A stretch of DNA of 64,000 nt, from the NCBI GenBank assembly GCA_029261555.1, contig JAJDBB010000031.1, forward strand, positions 47 through 64,046, written 5' to 3'. How positions within the stretch are numbered: position 1 is the stretch's first letter; each line of letters starts with the position of its first letter. The position numbers and the translations under genes are program-made. Shown in pieces: positions 28,969 through 39,254 of this stretch. The notes below the pieces were generated by a model that saw only the letters and a list, made by a program, of their open reading frames with translations, made no database searches and was not told where the DNA came from. The DNA is from Nitrospinaceae bacterium (GTDB taxonomy: Bacteria > Nitrospinota > Nitrospinia > Nitrospinales > JACRGP01).

Positions 28969-30216
28969 TTACTTTATAAAAGATCGAATTCTTTCGTCGA
29001 GCGCGTCCTGATCCTTGGCAAACGATTGCAGAGCCGATTGGGTCATGAGATCGTCCAAAGCGACGCCGCCGGGCCAGTCGGTCAGACGCGGAATTTTCCC
29101 ATGGTCGTAAATTTTCTTTAGATCATCCTCAGTGAAATTGTAAAACAGATCCACGCCGTGCTTCTCGCAATACCGTACCAAGTCTTCGCCGATGAGTTCG
29201 TCCACAGGAGTGTGGTTCAACAAATTATCGACGAACGTCTTAAAAGTATCGGGGACCTCCCAGAGCTGGGGAAAGCGCGCGCCCAACGAATTAAAAGCGT
29301 TAATCCCGGTTTCCGTTTCGGGATCCAAATCCTTTTGAACCTCGTCCGCAGATTTTCCGGACTCCAGAAATTCCTGCATCGCGGGTGGAGGGATGGTCAA
29401 GACGTCCAGTCCGGACAGAGTCCCCACCTGCGCTCCGTTACGAATGCTGGCGCCAATCAATTTTGTGTGAGACTTCCCGGCCTGCCGCAATTCAATCAAG
29501 GCGCGTTGCGTGGCGAGCGTGACCTTTTCGCCGACGAAATCTCCGCTCCCCAACCCATTGTCTTTCACCACGGCGTTGAGCCGACCCAGGAAAACGTTTG
29601 TATAGGCGGGGTTCGACAAACGGCCAGCGAGGTAGTTTTGCCGCGCAGAAAACCCCAGCGTAAAGTTCACCGGCATGCCTTCCTGGGAAAGTTTCCGCAC
29701 TGCCAGATAACCCTCCGGCGTGAGCGGAAGCTTCAGGATAAAAAACTCCGGGCAAACTTTAAAATACCGCCTGGCGAAGGCGAGGGACTTTTCCATGTCC
29801 CAGGCCATCGAAGGATGCAACTCCACGCTGACCTTGACGCGAAACGCCTCCACTAATCGAAGGGCGATGCGGCAATTAATGACGAAACCAATTTCCAGAA
29901 CCAGGTCCTCGTCGCTCAGCGTTACGCCCGAATCCTTAATTTTTTTCAGCGCGTCTTCGATGACCTCGTCCATAATCCCGCTCTGCACCACCTGATTGGC
30001 CAGGGTGTTATTGGTCGTCAACGCGCTCAACTCTTTTTTCCAAACCGATTCCGCCTTTTCCAAATCTCCCGTGTCGATCCACAATTCCGACCCCAGAGTT
30101 TTTAACTTTGCCAAAAGCGGATGCGATTCGCGGGCCTCCAATTTTTTATCCGCTAATAATTCCCTGCAGGCGATCTGATGAATTATTTCATCCAGGTTTT
30201 TGCTCGTCGCGGTCAT
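28969..30216 (-). CDS. tal: Transaldolase family protein
   Basis: LWIDT, LTTNNTL, VSVE, Schiff-base Lys in LKLPLTPEG, NFTLGFS, FLGRL, ASIR. Confidence 0.85.
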   Translation of the reverse strand: MTATSKNLDEIIHQIACRELLADKKLEARESHPLLAKLKTLGSELWIDTGDLEKAESVWKKELSALTTNNTLANQVVQSGIMDEVIEDALKKIKDSGVTLSDEDLVLEIGFVINCRIALRLVEAFRVKVSVELHPSMAWDMEKSLAFARRYFKVCPEFFILKLPLTPEGYLAVRKLSQEGMPVNFTLGFSARQNYLAGRLSNPAYTNVFLGRLNAVVKDNGLGSGDFVGEKVTLATQRALIELRQAGKSHTKLIGASIRNGAQVGTLSGLDVLTIPPPAMQEFLESGKSADEVQKDLDPETETGINAFNSLGARFPQLWEVPDTFKTFVDNLLNHTPVDELIGEDLVRYCEKHGVDLFYNFTEDDLKKIYDHGKIPRLTDWPGGVALDDLMTQSALQSFAKDQDALDERIRSFIK

Positions 30217-31541
30217 GATCCGTTTCCTTTCCCGTATCCGGGTTTATTGAGGAGGGCAAACATATTTTTTTTATAAAACTCGACTCCGGGTTGATCAAAG
30301 GGATTGATCCCCATCAAGTATCCGGTAAGGGCGACTCCGCGCTCAAAAAAATAAAACAAACGACCCAAAGTATAGGGCGAGCGGTCCTCTATTCTCAATG
30401 TCATGTTGGGAGTCTCCCCTTCCCTGTGGGCAAGCGCGACGCCTTCATAAGCCTTTTCATTGACAAAGTCGAGCGGCTTTCCGGCCAGATAGTTCAATCC
30501 ATCCAAATCGTCCTCAAACTTCGGAACCTTCACCTCCCGGTTGGAAGATTCGACGATTAAAAAAGTTTCAAATACGATCCGGTTCCCCTCCTGAACCCAT
30601 TGTCCCAGGGAATGCAGGTCGGTGGTGTATTGAACGGACGCAGGGAAAATTCCGCCTTGATTTTTGCCTTCGCTTTCGCCTGCGAGTTGCTTCCACCACT
30701 CCATCAACGAACCCAGCGCAGGTTGAAACGAGGCCATGATCTCTATCGACTTGCCTTTACTGTAAAGTAAATGTCGCAATACGGCGTAAAGGCAGGTGGG
30801 GTTTTCGCGAATGGAGGAAGCGCCCGAATAAATGGATTCGGCATTTTTTGCGCCGTCGAGCAAGCCACGAATATCCAATCCTGCGACCGCGATAGGCAAG
30901 AGGCCGACGGGAGTCAACACGGAAAATCGCCCGCCAACGTCGTCGGGAATAACAAAAGTTTTGTAGCCCTCCTGGTCGGCCAGTTTTTTTAAAGCGCCTT
31001 TGGCGCGGTCGGTTGTAGCGTAAATACGGTCTCTGGCGCCCTCGGCTCCGTATCTTTTTTCCATCGCCTCCTTGAGCAAACGAAAAGCGATGGCCGGTTC
31101 CGTGGTGGTCCCGGATTTGGAAATCACGTTCAGGCAAACGTCTTTATCGGCAATCAAATCCAGGAGGTCGGCCATGTAATCCGAACTGATATTGTGCCCG
31201 GCAAAATAAATTTCCGGTCCAGGGCGGTTGGCTTGCTGATTGTAAAAATTGGGAAGGACAAAATCGATCGCCGCCTTGCTTCCCAGATAAGAACCGCCAA
31301 TGCCAATGCAAATAAAAACCTGCGCGGAGTTTTGAATTTCGCGCGCGGTCTTTTCAAGGTCGCATAAAATGTCGTCCTCGGTAGAGGAAGGCAAACGCAA
31401 CCAACCGAGAAATTCGTTTCCCGGTCCCGTCCCTTTCTCCAGCATCAGGCAGACCCTATCCATCTCCGGTTGAAATTCATCAATCTCCTGCTCGGAAATC
31501 AGCGACTTGAAGTTTTCATAATTAATTTTGGGAAAGGTCAT
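30213..31541 (-). CDS. pgi: Glucose-6-phosphate isomerase
   Basis: IGIGGSYLG, SKSGTTTE, VGGRFSV, QLAGESEGK, DLHSLGQ, PFDQPGVE; start placed at ATG 31541. Confidence 0.96.
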   Translation of the reverse strand: MTFPKINYENFKSLISEQEIDEFQPEMDRVCLMLEKGTGPGNEFLGWLRLPSSTEDDILCDLEKTAREIQNSAQVFICIGIGGSYLGSKAAIDFVLPNFYNQQANRPGPEIYFAGHNISSDYMADLLDLIADKDVCLNVISKSGTTTEPAIAFRLLKEAMEKRYGAEGARDRIYATTDRAKGALKKLADQEGYKTFVIPDDVGGRFSVLTPVGLLPIAVAGLDIRGLLDGAKNAESIYSGASSIRENPTCLYAVLRHLLYSKGKSIEIMASFQPALGSLMEWWKQLAGESEGKNQGGIFPASVQYTTDLHSLGQWVQEGNRIVFETFLIVESSNREVKVPKFEDDLDGLNYLAGKPLDFVNEKAYEGVALAHREGETPNMTLRIEDRSPYTLGRLFYFFERGVALTGYLMGINPFDQPGVEFYKKNMFALLNKPGYGKGNGS

Positions 31542-31650
31542 GAAATTTCTCTTGAGGGACGCGAAAATTTTTTTCCCGTTTGTGCTGAACGGGAAAATCA
31601 TTATACAATTTAATTTATCAATCGGAACCTGAACAATCGGGCAATTTAAT

Positions 31651-32007
31651 ATGAAATACTTTTACTGGGATTTCGCCATAGGAATTGGCGCCGGAGCGCT
31701 CATCGCCTGCGTTTCCGCGTGGGCCGTACCGGGAAACATCCACCCGCTCGCGGCCATGTTTTTGGGCGGGCTCTGCGGCATGGTTGTTCAATCATTTCTG
31801 TCCATTGTACTGCTACCCATTTTCGGCGCGTTCGAGGTCATGATTCCGCTCCACATCATCGGCATGCTTGCGGGAATGCTAGGCGGTATGGCCGCCTCAA
31901 TACAAAATGCTCCGGCTTATTACATCTTGTCGGCGGGCGCCGCGACCGGGTTCGGCGTAGCCTTGATCGTCTTTTTATCCAACCGCAAACTCACGCGGGC
32001 GGCGTAA
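31651..32007 (+). CDS. Small Gly/Met-rich multi-TM membrane protein
   Basis: About four hydrophobic helices; stop codon abuts the next gene. Confidence 0.7.
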   Translation: MKYFYWDFAIGIGAGALIACVSAWAVPGNIHPLAAMFLGGLCGMVVQSFLSIVLLPIFGAFEVMIPLHIIGMLAGMLGGMAASIQNAPAYYILSAGAATGFGVALIVFLSNRKLTRAA

Positions 32008-32008
32008 A

Positions 32009-32605
32009 ATGAGCGTACGCGAAAAGTACAATCGCATTTCCCGGTTTTACGAATTTTTAAAAACCGGGGACACACGGCGTTGGGAAAAATCCCAGCGGGA
32101 ATTTTTTCAAAAACTCCGCGGCAAAGTTCTTTATATAGGCATTGGACCCGGACCGGAGATCGCAAACTTTCCTCCCGGCCTGGAAATTGTCGCCATTGAT
32201 CTGAGCGAAAAAATGATGGCGCAGTCGCAAAGGCGAGCGGAGGCCTATTCCGGAAACATCCGGCTCGCCAACATGAACGTCGAAGACCTAGGTTTCGCCG
32301 ACGGCGTTTTCGATTGCGTTTTAGCCGTTTGCGTATTCTGCACGGTGGAGGCGCCGGTAAAAGGTTTGCAAGAGGTTCGCCGGGTATTGAAGCCCAGCGG
32401 CAAATTACTGATGTTTGAACACGTGTTGAGCCAAAACCCAGTGTACGCTCTTATTCTTAAAGGAATGAATCTGGTCACTAAAAGACTTTCCGGAACCTAT
32501 CTGGACCGGAACACCGCAGCCAACGTGGAAAAAGCCGGATTCTGGATCGAATCGAACCGCAACGTCTATCTGGATATCGTAAAGACCATCGAAGCAAATC
32601 CTTAA
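32009..32605 (+). CDS. Class I SAM-dependent methyltransferase
   Basis: VLYIGIGPG, AIDLS, FDCV, RRVLKPSG, FEHV. Confidence 0.88.
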   Translation: MSVREKYNRISRFYEFLKTGDTRRWEKSQREFFQKLRGKVLYIGIGPGPEIANFPPGLEIVAIDLSEKMMAQSQRRAEAYSGNIRLANMNVEDLGFADGVFDCVLAVCVFCTVEAPVKGLQEVRRVLKPSGKLLMFEHVLSQNPVYALILKGMNLVTKRLSGTYLDRNTAANVEKAGFWIESNRNVYLDIVKTIEANP

Positions 32606-34173
32606 TTTTTTGCGCCAATTGTCTTCGGTTTGACCGCCGTTTCTTTTTTGGGAAATGAAATAAGAAAATAGTTTTTAATGATTTTCTGGCGTATCAACTC
32701 ATTGGCAAAACTCGTGGCCTGGTTTTTTCCGTCAAAGCGACCGACGCGAATTTTGTACCAATGCCCGCCGGAACTTCTCGGATCCTTAATCACATAAACC
32801 CCGGCGATTTTTTTCTTTTTAAACCTGGCATTCAATCGCTCCGCCTGCTTTTTCGTATTGAACGCCGCTACTTGAATGGTATAGAGCCGGTCGGCTTTTC
32901 GCCGAACCCGATCCTTCTTGACCCCACCTTTTTCTGCCATTTCCGGAGTCAGAGTTTCTTTGACGTCTTTTTTCGACCCTTTGTCGGCGGTCAATCCAAT
33001 CGCCCCTAATATAAAAATGCCCGCAATGATGGAACCCTTGACCCACAACTCAAGTTTCCCAAATTGCGACAGACCTTCCAGAAAAATCAAAGCGATCTTT
33101 TTAATCAGTCCCAAGAAGAGGCGAACGATCCAGTTAAATGCGTTGCGAAAATTTTCGCCCCAGGAGGGAGCCAGTCCCAGCCGGACTTTTAAACGGTCCA
33201 AGGTTTGGGCGTCATTCCGGGTGAACAAACGAATTTTTTTCACCTTGTGGAACAGGGAAAGTTCGTCGACCGAATTTTGTATGGATTGCCGGCGTGCGGG
33301 GTCCAGGGCGGAAAAGATTTTGCCGCATCTCTCGTGCAAACCGGGATCGGAAGTTTTCCAGCGTTCCTGACAATAGCATCTGCCAATGATTCCCTGCGCC
33401 TGGCTTTCTCCCGGCAGATGAAAGGTCAGGGCCTGTAGGTAAAACCTGACGGCAAAGGCGTCGGAACGACGCTTGCCCAACAAAACGGGTAAAATATATT
33501 CGACGATTTCCCGAGAGTCCGGGCCTCCATATTCCAACGCTTTCAGATAGAGCGTTTCGACTTTTCGGTTCAAACTGCGTTTCTTCAAATACAATGAGGC
33601 GAGACGCCCGATTAGGATTTCGTCTTTATAATCGTTGGCATGAACGGCGACCAGGAGAAGGTCTATTTCGTTTCGACTCAAATCCTCGCCCCGCCCCAGC
33701 AACGACAACAGCGGGGAGCGGTACAAGGAATCTTTGGGGTCGATTAAAAAAGCCTTTAAAAAAACCTTCATGCAGGCCGGGTCTTCCCGGCCAATCGAAA
33801 GCAGGTAGTCCGCATACCGGCAATAAACCTCTTCGCGAAACCTTTTTCCCTTCCCCGGCAAAAAGAACGAGGACTCGGTCAAACTCAGCAAGTTTTCAAA
33901 CCGGGCAACCACCTCGTTCTCGTCCGACTTTAAATCGACGTCCCGGAGACTCTGCATCCGGTCTCGGTAAACCTGCTCGCCGAACATCCCGTAAACCAGA
34001 AACCCAAAAAACAGACAGACGCACGCCAAGATCCATTGAAGGACGGTGTCGTTCACATAAACGTTGGGCATGGCGACTTCATGGATGAAATATAAAACCG
34101 CAAACCCAAAGGAGACCATCAGGAATATCGACAACCCGACCCGGGAAAGATAAAATTTAAAAGTTTGATACAT
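32602..34173 (-). CDS. Membrane protein with C-terminal SPOR peptidoglycan-binding domain
   Basis: Two N-terminal TMs, a helical region, a further TM, then YTIQVAAF...WYKIRVGRF. Confidence 0.8.
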   Translation of the reverse strand: MYQTFKFYLSRVGLSIFLMVSFGFAVLYFIHEVAMPNVYVNDTVLQWILACVCLFFGFLVYGMFGEQVYRDRMQSLRDVDLKSDENEVVARFENLLSLTESSFFLPGKGKRFREEVYCRYADYLLSIGREDPACMKVFLKAFLIDPKDSLYRSPLLSLLGRGEDLSRNEIDLLLVAVHANDYKDEILIGRLASLYLKKRSLNRKVETLYLKALEYGGPDSREIVEYILPVLLGKRRSDAFAVRFYLQALTFHLPGESQAQGIIGRCYCQERWKTSDPGLHERCGKIFSALDPARRQSIQNSVDELSLFHKVKKIRLFTRNDAQTLDRLKVRLGLAPSWGENFRNAFNWIVRLFLGLIKKIALIFLEGLSQFGKLELWVKGSIIAGIFILGAIGLTADKGSKKDVKETLTPEMAEKGGVKKDRVRRKADRLYTIQVAAFNTKKQAERLNARFKKKKIAGVYVIKDPRSSGGHWYKIRVGRFDGKNQATSFANELIRQKIIKNYFLISFPKKETAVKPKTIGAKN

Positions 34174-36235
34174 CGTTTATCTTTTTCAGTTGTTGCAGGA
34201 TGGACAATTCCTCCGGGGAGGAAAAGTCCAGCGGCGGAGCCTGAGGCAAGGGGGGAAGGGTTAAAACCGTCTCATCCTTGACGGCCACCTGCATTCCGGG
34301 TTGGTTCGATCCTTCCTCCAGCAAATAGCCGGTGGTCGCATTCACCCGAACGGTCCGCACGCCGTCGGGAACCGTGAATTTGACTCGGCTTTTATTTTCC
34401 AGCGCCTTTTCCATAAAAAACGCCCAGATGGGAGCCGCCGCGCCGCTTCCGGTCAACCCTTTGCCTCTTGGGTCGACCATGGACTCGTTGCTGTCGTAGC
34501 CCACCCAAACGGAAGTGGAATAGTCGCGGGTGAATCCGGTGAACCAGGCATCCTTGAAATTATTTGTGGTCCCGGTCTTGCCCCCAGCGGGGTGTTTGAA
34601 TCCCATACGCCGGACGATTCTCCCGGTTCCGCCGTCCACCACGCCTTGCATCATGTCCAGCAAAGGATAAATGGATTTAGCGGGGAAGCGCGTTTCGGCC
34701 CGGTAAAACCGCTCATAAATTACGCGCCCGTTAAAGTTTTCGATTTTCTGGATCGCGTAAGGCTGAACGTACATTCCCAATCGCGCGATAACGCTGTAGG
34801 CGGAAGCCATTTCCAGGGGCGAAACTCCGGAGGTGCCAAGAGCCAGGGACATGTGGGCGCCCAAGGGACTGGTCACGCCAAATTTGCGGGCGGTTTTTAT
34901 CACTTCCTTCGGCCCAACTTGCTGGATCAGCTTGGCGGAAATCACATTGATGGATTTCATCAACGCTTTTTTGAGGATCAAATCTCCGGCGTAATCCTCT
35001 TTGAAATTTTTTGGTTCCCAGGGCTGGGTTCCCTTTATTTCTATAGTGATAGGTTCGTCGCGCACCATGGAAGCGGGGGAGTATCCCAGTTTTTCCATGG
35101 CCGTGAAGTACACGAACGGCTTGAAGGAGGAGCCTGGCATTCGGTTGTTGGAAACGGCGCGGTTGAACTGGCTGAGAGAGAAATTTCGCCCGCCCAGTAA
35201 AACCCGAATAGCGCCGGTTTTATTTTCAATGGAGACCAACGAGACTTGCAGGCGCTCGGGTTGGGATCTCTCAGATTTGGCGGGCTTTCCCATGCGTTTG
35301 TCCAAAGCTTCCAAATGTGATCGCGCGGCCTTTTGCGCTTCTATTTGCAGGCGGGAGTCCAGGGTCGTGAATATCTTCAAGCCGCCAAAATAAACGAATT
35401 CCTTGCCGTAGGTTTTTTCAAGATCTTCGAGGATAAAGTTTACAAAGTACTGGTGGGGATTGTTCGCCTCCACCGGGGAAGCCAGTTCCAGGCTGGAACT
35501 CAAGGCTTCCTCCTTTTGAGCTACGCCGATCATGCGCTCCTTGACCATGCGGTCCAAAACAAATCCTGCGCGGGTCATGGCGCGTTCGTAGTTGGTGAAG
35601 GGGTTGGCGTTATTGGGAGAGTTGGGGAGTCCGGCCAACAGAGCGGCCTGCAGGGAGCTTAGGTTTTCCGCCGATTTGCCAAAATAAATATGGCTGGCTT
35701 CTTCTACGCCGTAGGCGCCGTTGCCAAAATAAATCTGGTTGCAATAGGCTTCCAAAATCTGATCCTTGCTGAAGGAGGCCTCCATCTGCAAGGCGATCAG
35801 GATTTCTTTAAACTTGCGTACCCATTTTCTTTCAAACGAAAAAAACAGGTTCTTGGCCAGTTGCTGGGTAATCGTGCTACCGCCCTGCGCGATTCGCTTC
35901 GCTTTAAAATTGCTGATCAGCGCTCGCACCAGAGCCTTGTGATCGACGCCTTGATGCTCGTGGAAATGTGCGTCCTCAACCGCAACGACGGCTTTTAAGA
36001 AAAACGGCGAGATTTTTTCGAGTGGCACGGGAAGCCGCTCTCCGAAAATTTTCAACAACTCTCCGTCGCTGGAATAAATTTCCGTGGGTAGGCTGAGGTT
36101 GATATTTTCCAGGCGCTGGGGCAGTTGGGGAAGCTCTCCGCTCAAGCCAAAGTAAACTCCGGCCACGGAAAACGCCAGCAGAAGGAGCGCCGCGTAAAAG
36201 GCGAATAGAATTTTTTCAAAAAACCGGCGGATCAA
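34157..36235 (-). CDS. Second class A penicillin-binding protein
   Basis: EDAHF, GGSTITQQLAK, SSFK, SIN, GKTGTT. Confidence 0.92.
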   Translation of the reverse strand: MIRRFFEKILFAFYAALLLLAFSVAGVYFGLSGELPQLPQRLENINLSLPTEIYSSDGELLKIFGERLPVPLEKISPFFLKAVVAVEDAHFHEHQGVDHKALVRALISNFKAKRIAQGGSTITQQLAKNLFFSFERKWVRKFKEILIALQMEASFSKDQILEAYCNQIYFGNGAYGVEEASHIYFGKSAENLSSLQAALLAGLPNSPNNANPFTNYERAMTRAGFVLDRMVKERMIGVAQKEEALSSSLELASPVEANNPHQYFVNFILEDLEKTYGKEFVYFGGLKIFTTLDSRLQIEAQKAARSHLEALDKRMGKPAKSERSQPERLQVSLVSIENKTGAIRVLLGGRNFSLSQFNRAVSNNRMPGSSFKPFVYFTAMEKLGYSPASMVRDEPITIEIKGTQPWEPKNFKEDYAGDLILKKALMKSINVISAKLIQQVGPKEVIKTARKFGVTSPLGAHMSLALGTSGVSPLEMASAYSVIARLGMYVQPYAIQKIENFNGRVIYERFYRAETRFPAKSIYPLLDMMQGVVDGGTGRIVRRMGFKHPAGGKTGTTNNFKDAWFTGFTRDYSTSVWVGYDSNESMVDPRGKGLTGSGAAAPIWAFFMEKALENKSRVKFTVPDGVRTVRVNATTGYLLEEGSNQPGMQVAVKDETVLTLPPLPQAPPLDFSSPEELSILQQLKKINDVSNF

Positions 36236-36308
36236 GGTTTTGGCGATTGGATTGAGGTTAACGTCGAGGGGCGGGCCGAAAAACCGGCGGACAATAAAAA
36301 TTCGCCGG

Positions 36309-37196
36309 CTATTGCGAATCTCCCGCCTGGTTGTACAGGCCGGCGGATTCTCCAGAGTCGGCCTGCTCTATTTGGGACAAAATATTGTTGGACGTCTCCA
36401 AGGGAACGGGTATCAACAGCACGTTACTATAATAATCGGTTTTGTACTCAATCCCAAACAGGGCGACGTCGGGGCGGTCCTGCAAAGGCTCCGAGGAAAT
36501 GCCCACGCGGGTGACGTGGTAATCTTTTTGCAAAAACCACTCTGGGTCGGGAAACAGGTTTTTTTGTGTCGCGGGATCCAGGGTTTGCAAAAGCGGTAAA
36601 AATTCCCCTATGGAAAAAATCCGTTTCTCCTCAAAATCCGCATCCTCCAGAAAACCGCGTTGAATGGTCCGCGTGGATTGCACCTCATAAAGAATATCCA
36701 GCCTCAAGAACACCTCGTGAATGGGGTGGTTTTGCGGATCGATAAAACTCAGGGTGATCCATTGTCCCGAACGGTTTAACAGAACCCGGTCCCAGTCCTT
36801 GTTGGCGTCGATTTTTAACAGCTCCCAAGGGTCGATGATGCGCTTCGCCCACTGCCCGGGATAATCGAAATACAATTGCAAAAATTTCTTTCGGGACACC
36901 AGGTTGGAGGGATTCAGGGTCTCGACGAGGGTTTTTAACGTGTCGATGGACTCGCTATTTTTTTCCTTGGTATTCAAGGAAGTCAGCAAGGACTGTACTT
37001 GCCTCTGGGCCAGGGTGTTCTCATGCTCGGTTTCCCAGGCCCGGCCCAGTTGACGGCGCGTGGGATTCTGCCATTTTAAATAGTAGCCGATCCCTTTTTC
37101 AAATATGTGCCCGTAGAACTCGAACGTCGCTACCGAGGCCAACATAAAAAAAAGAATCGCGCCGCTTCCAAACAGTCTGAAGACGCTGGAATTCAC
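36309..37196 (-). CDS. Hypothetical protein with N-terminal TM/signal
   Basis: 295-aa ORF 3 nt downstream of the HTH gene; no recognisable motif. Confidence 0.65.
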   Translation of the reverse strand: MNSSVFRLFGSGAILFFMLASVATFEFYGHIFEKGIGYYLKWQNPTRRQLGRAWETEHENTLAQRQVQSLLTSLNTKEKNSESIDTLKTLVETLNPSNLVSRKKFLQLYFDYPGQWAKRIIDPWELLKIDANKDWDRVLLNRSGQWITLSFIDPQNHPIHEVFLRLDILYEVQSTRTIQRGFLEDADFEEKRIFSIGEFLPLLQTLDPATQKNLFPDPEWFLQKDYHVTRVGISSEPLQDRPDVALFGIEYKTDYYSNVLLIPVPLETSNNILSQIEQADSGESAGLYNQAGDSQ

Positions 37197-37199
37197 TGT

Positions 37200-37859
37200 T
37201 CAGCTCACCGTGATTTTGTTGACGGAACGGGCGATCATTTTCAGGCGCTTGACTTTGTCCCGCAGGATTTTTTGATCGACTTTTTTGCTCTCTGCGCGGA
37301 TTTCCGATCCCGGCTTTGAATCCGGTCCGCGGTTTTTTTTATGTTCTTCATCCGTATTTTTGGCGAATTTTTCGGGGCGGGATCTGGGTACGCTTTTGGA
37401 AACGCCTATGGGTCTTCCGGCTCTTTTCCCCGAATTTTTTAACAGGCTTCCCAGGTTTTCCACTAGTTTTTCCTGGGCCGCGAAATCCAGTTTTCTGAAA
37501 ATCGAGACGAGTCGGTATTCAGTATCATCCAAAGGAATCAGGCCCTGAACGGGAAGGTTTGTAAAGGAAATTTGCCCGTTTTGAAAATCGACCCTTTTAA
37601 CTTCTGGAACCTGAGAGGGCGCGCTGAAATTTTTTATGGGCAGGACGTCGTATTCGGTCAATTCCGCGGTCAATAGTTTTTCCAGGGAAAGGTTCCCCAA
37701 CCGTGCCATTTTAACGAGGGTGGAAACAGGAGCGTCCCTCTCCCCCGCTTCGTACCTCACATACGTTCTGAACCCAACCTTTAAAATATCGGCCATGGCC
37801 GATTGGGTGCACTTCAACGACTTTCTCAACACCCTGAGATTTTTGGCCAAAACTGACAT
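37200..37859 (-). CDS. XRE-family helix-turn-helix protein
   Basis: LAKNLRVLRK...TQSAMADILKVGFRTYVRYEAGERDAP; GAGG RBS. Confidence 0.82.
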   Translation of the reverse strand: MSVLAKNLRVLRKSLKCTQSAMADILKVGFRTYVRYEAGERDAPVSTLVKMARLGNLSLEKLLTAELTEYDVLPIKNFSAPSQVPEVKRVDFQNGQISFTNLPVQGLIPLDDTEYRLVSIFRKLDFAAQEKLVENLGSLLKNSGKRAGRPIGVSKSVPRSRPEKFAKNTDEEHKKNRGPDSKPGSEIRAESKKVDQKILRDKVKRLKMIARSVNKITVS

Positions 37860-37981
37860 AATGAAACCTCCTCAGGCCCGCTTTTAACTATACACCCTTA
37901 TCAAATATTTTTCCAAAAAGATAATATTGGGACGGAAACATCCGAGGGAGGAACTGCGAGGCTGAGAACCAAATTGCGGGA

Positions 37982-38968
37982 TTATTTGCCCTGGCGACGG
38001 GCGAGAATCTCCGCCGCTTCCTTGGCGAAATAGGTCAATATCATCTTAGCGCCGGCACGCCGGATGGAGAGGAGGGTCTCCATAATGATTCTCTCCCGGT
38101 CCACCCATCCATTTTGCGACGCCGCAACGATCAGCGAATATTCCCCGCTGACGTTGTAGGCGGCCAGGGGAACGTTGATCTCCTGGCGGACTCGGTAAAT
38201 GATATCCAGATACGCCAGGGCGGGCTTGACCATGACCATATCGGCGCCTTCCTCAATGTCCTGCAAGACTTCGCGAATGGCTTCGTCGCTATTGGCCGGA
38301 TCCATTTGATAGGTGGAGCGGTCGCCAAACTTGGGAGAGGAGTCGGCGGCCTCGCGAAATGGACCGTAATAGGCGGAGGCGTATTTTGCCGAATAGGCTA
38401 AAATCAGGGTCTCGTTAAATCCGGACTGGTCCAGGGCTTTCCGAATAGCCCCAACCCGTCCGTCCATCATGTCCGAAGGGGCTACGATATCTGCTCCGGC
38501 CTGAGCGTGGGTCTGCGCCATTTTAGCGAGTAATTCCAGGGTGGCGTCGTTCAGGATTTTTCCATCTTCCACCAGACCACAATGCCCGTGGTCCGTGTAT
38601 TCGTCGATACAAACGTCGGTGATCACGATCATTTCCGGAATCGCCGCTTTTATCTCCCGTACCGCGCGTTGAACGATTCCATCCGGATTATAGGCTTCGC
38701 TTCCTACTGCGTCCTTTTTGTCCGGAATACCAAACAATATCACCGCTGGAATTCCCAGATCCGCCGCTTCCTGGACGTCCAGGATCATCCGGTCAAGCGA
38801 GAAACGAAAAATCCCCGGCATAGAGCTTATCTCGGTTTTCACGTCCTTGCCCTCGCAGACGAAAAGGGGATAAATAAGATCGTTTACGGAAAGGGAAGTC
38901 TCCTCCACCATTCGCAAAATGGCGGAATTTTTTCTCAGTCGTCGGGATCGATGGGTTGGAAATGGCAT
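37982..38968 (-). CDS. hemB: Porphobilinogen synthase
   Basis: [43 protein letters not shown]. Confidence 0.97.
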   Translation of the reverse strand: MPFPTHRSRRLRKNSAILRMVEETSLSVNDLIYPLFVCEGKDVKTEISSMPGIFRFSLDRMILDVQEAADLGIPAVILFGIPDKKDAVGSEAYNPDGIVQRAVREIKAAIPEMIVITDVCIDEYTDHGHCGLVEDGKILNDATLELLAKMAQTHAQAGADIVAPSDMMDGRVGAIRKALDQSGFNETLILAYSAKYASAYYGPFREAADSSPKFGDRSTYQMDPANSDEAIREVLQDIEEGADMVMVKPALAYLDIIYRVRQEINVPLAAYNVSGEYSLIVAASQNGWVDRERIIMETLLSIRRAGAKMILTYFAKEAAEILARRQGK

Positions 38969-39159
38969 GAGAGCTTAACCTGAAGATTTGAATTTCGTTG
39001 AATAATCTATCCGGAAGCGGGCGGGCTTTGAGGATAAAAGAACTTGCAGACGGCTTATATTAGCACAGGAAGGTGGGTCAAACAATTCGGGCCGCGCCGG
39101 GTTTTTGACGCAACCGACAGACAAACCGACCTCTAAAAAAACACAAAATAAACAAGTTA

Positions 39160-39215
39160 TTTCAAATAGTTAACAAAATACTTCTAAATTAAAATCTAGC
39201 GGTATTGTTTTTGCT
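39160..39215 (+). promoter_or_regulatory. Candidate sigma54 -24/-12 promoter with upstream IHF-like site
   Basis: GG(39201-39202)-N10-GC(39213-39214) in CGGTATTGTTTTTGCT; TTTCAAatagTTA near 39160. Confidence 0.5.
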
Positions 39216-39254
39216 TTATTACTTTTATAACAAAAATTTATGGAGGATCTACTC

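Noticed and set aside
37200-37859. Prophage repressor or toxin-antitoxin antitoxin
   Set aside because: No integrase, phage or toxin genes nearby; neighbours are cell-wall and heme genes.
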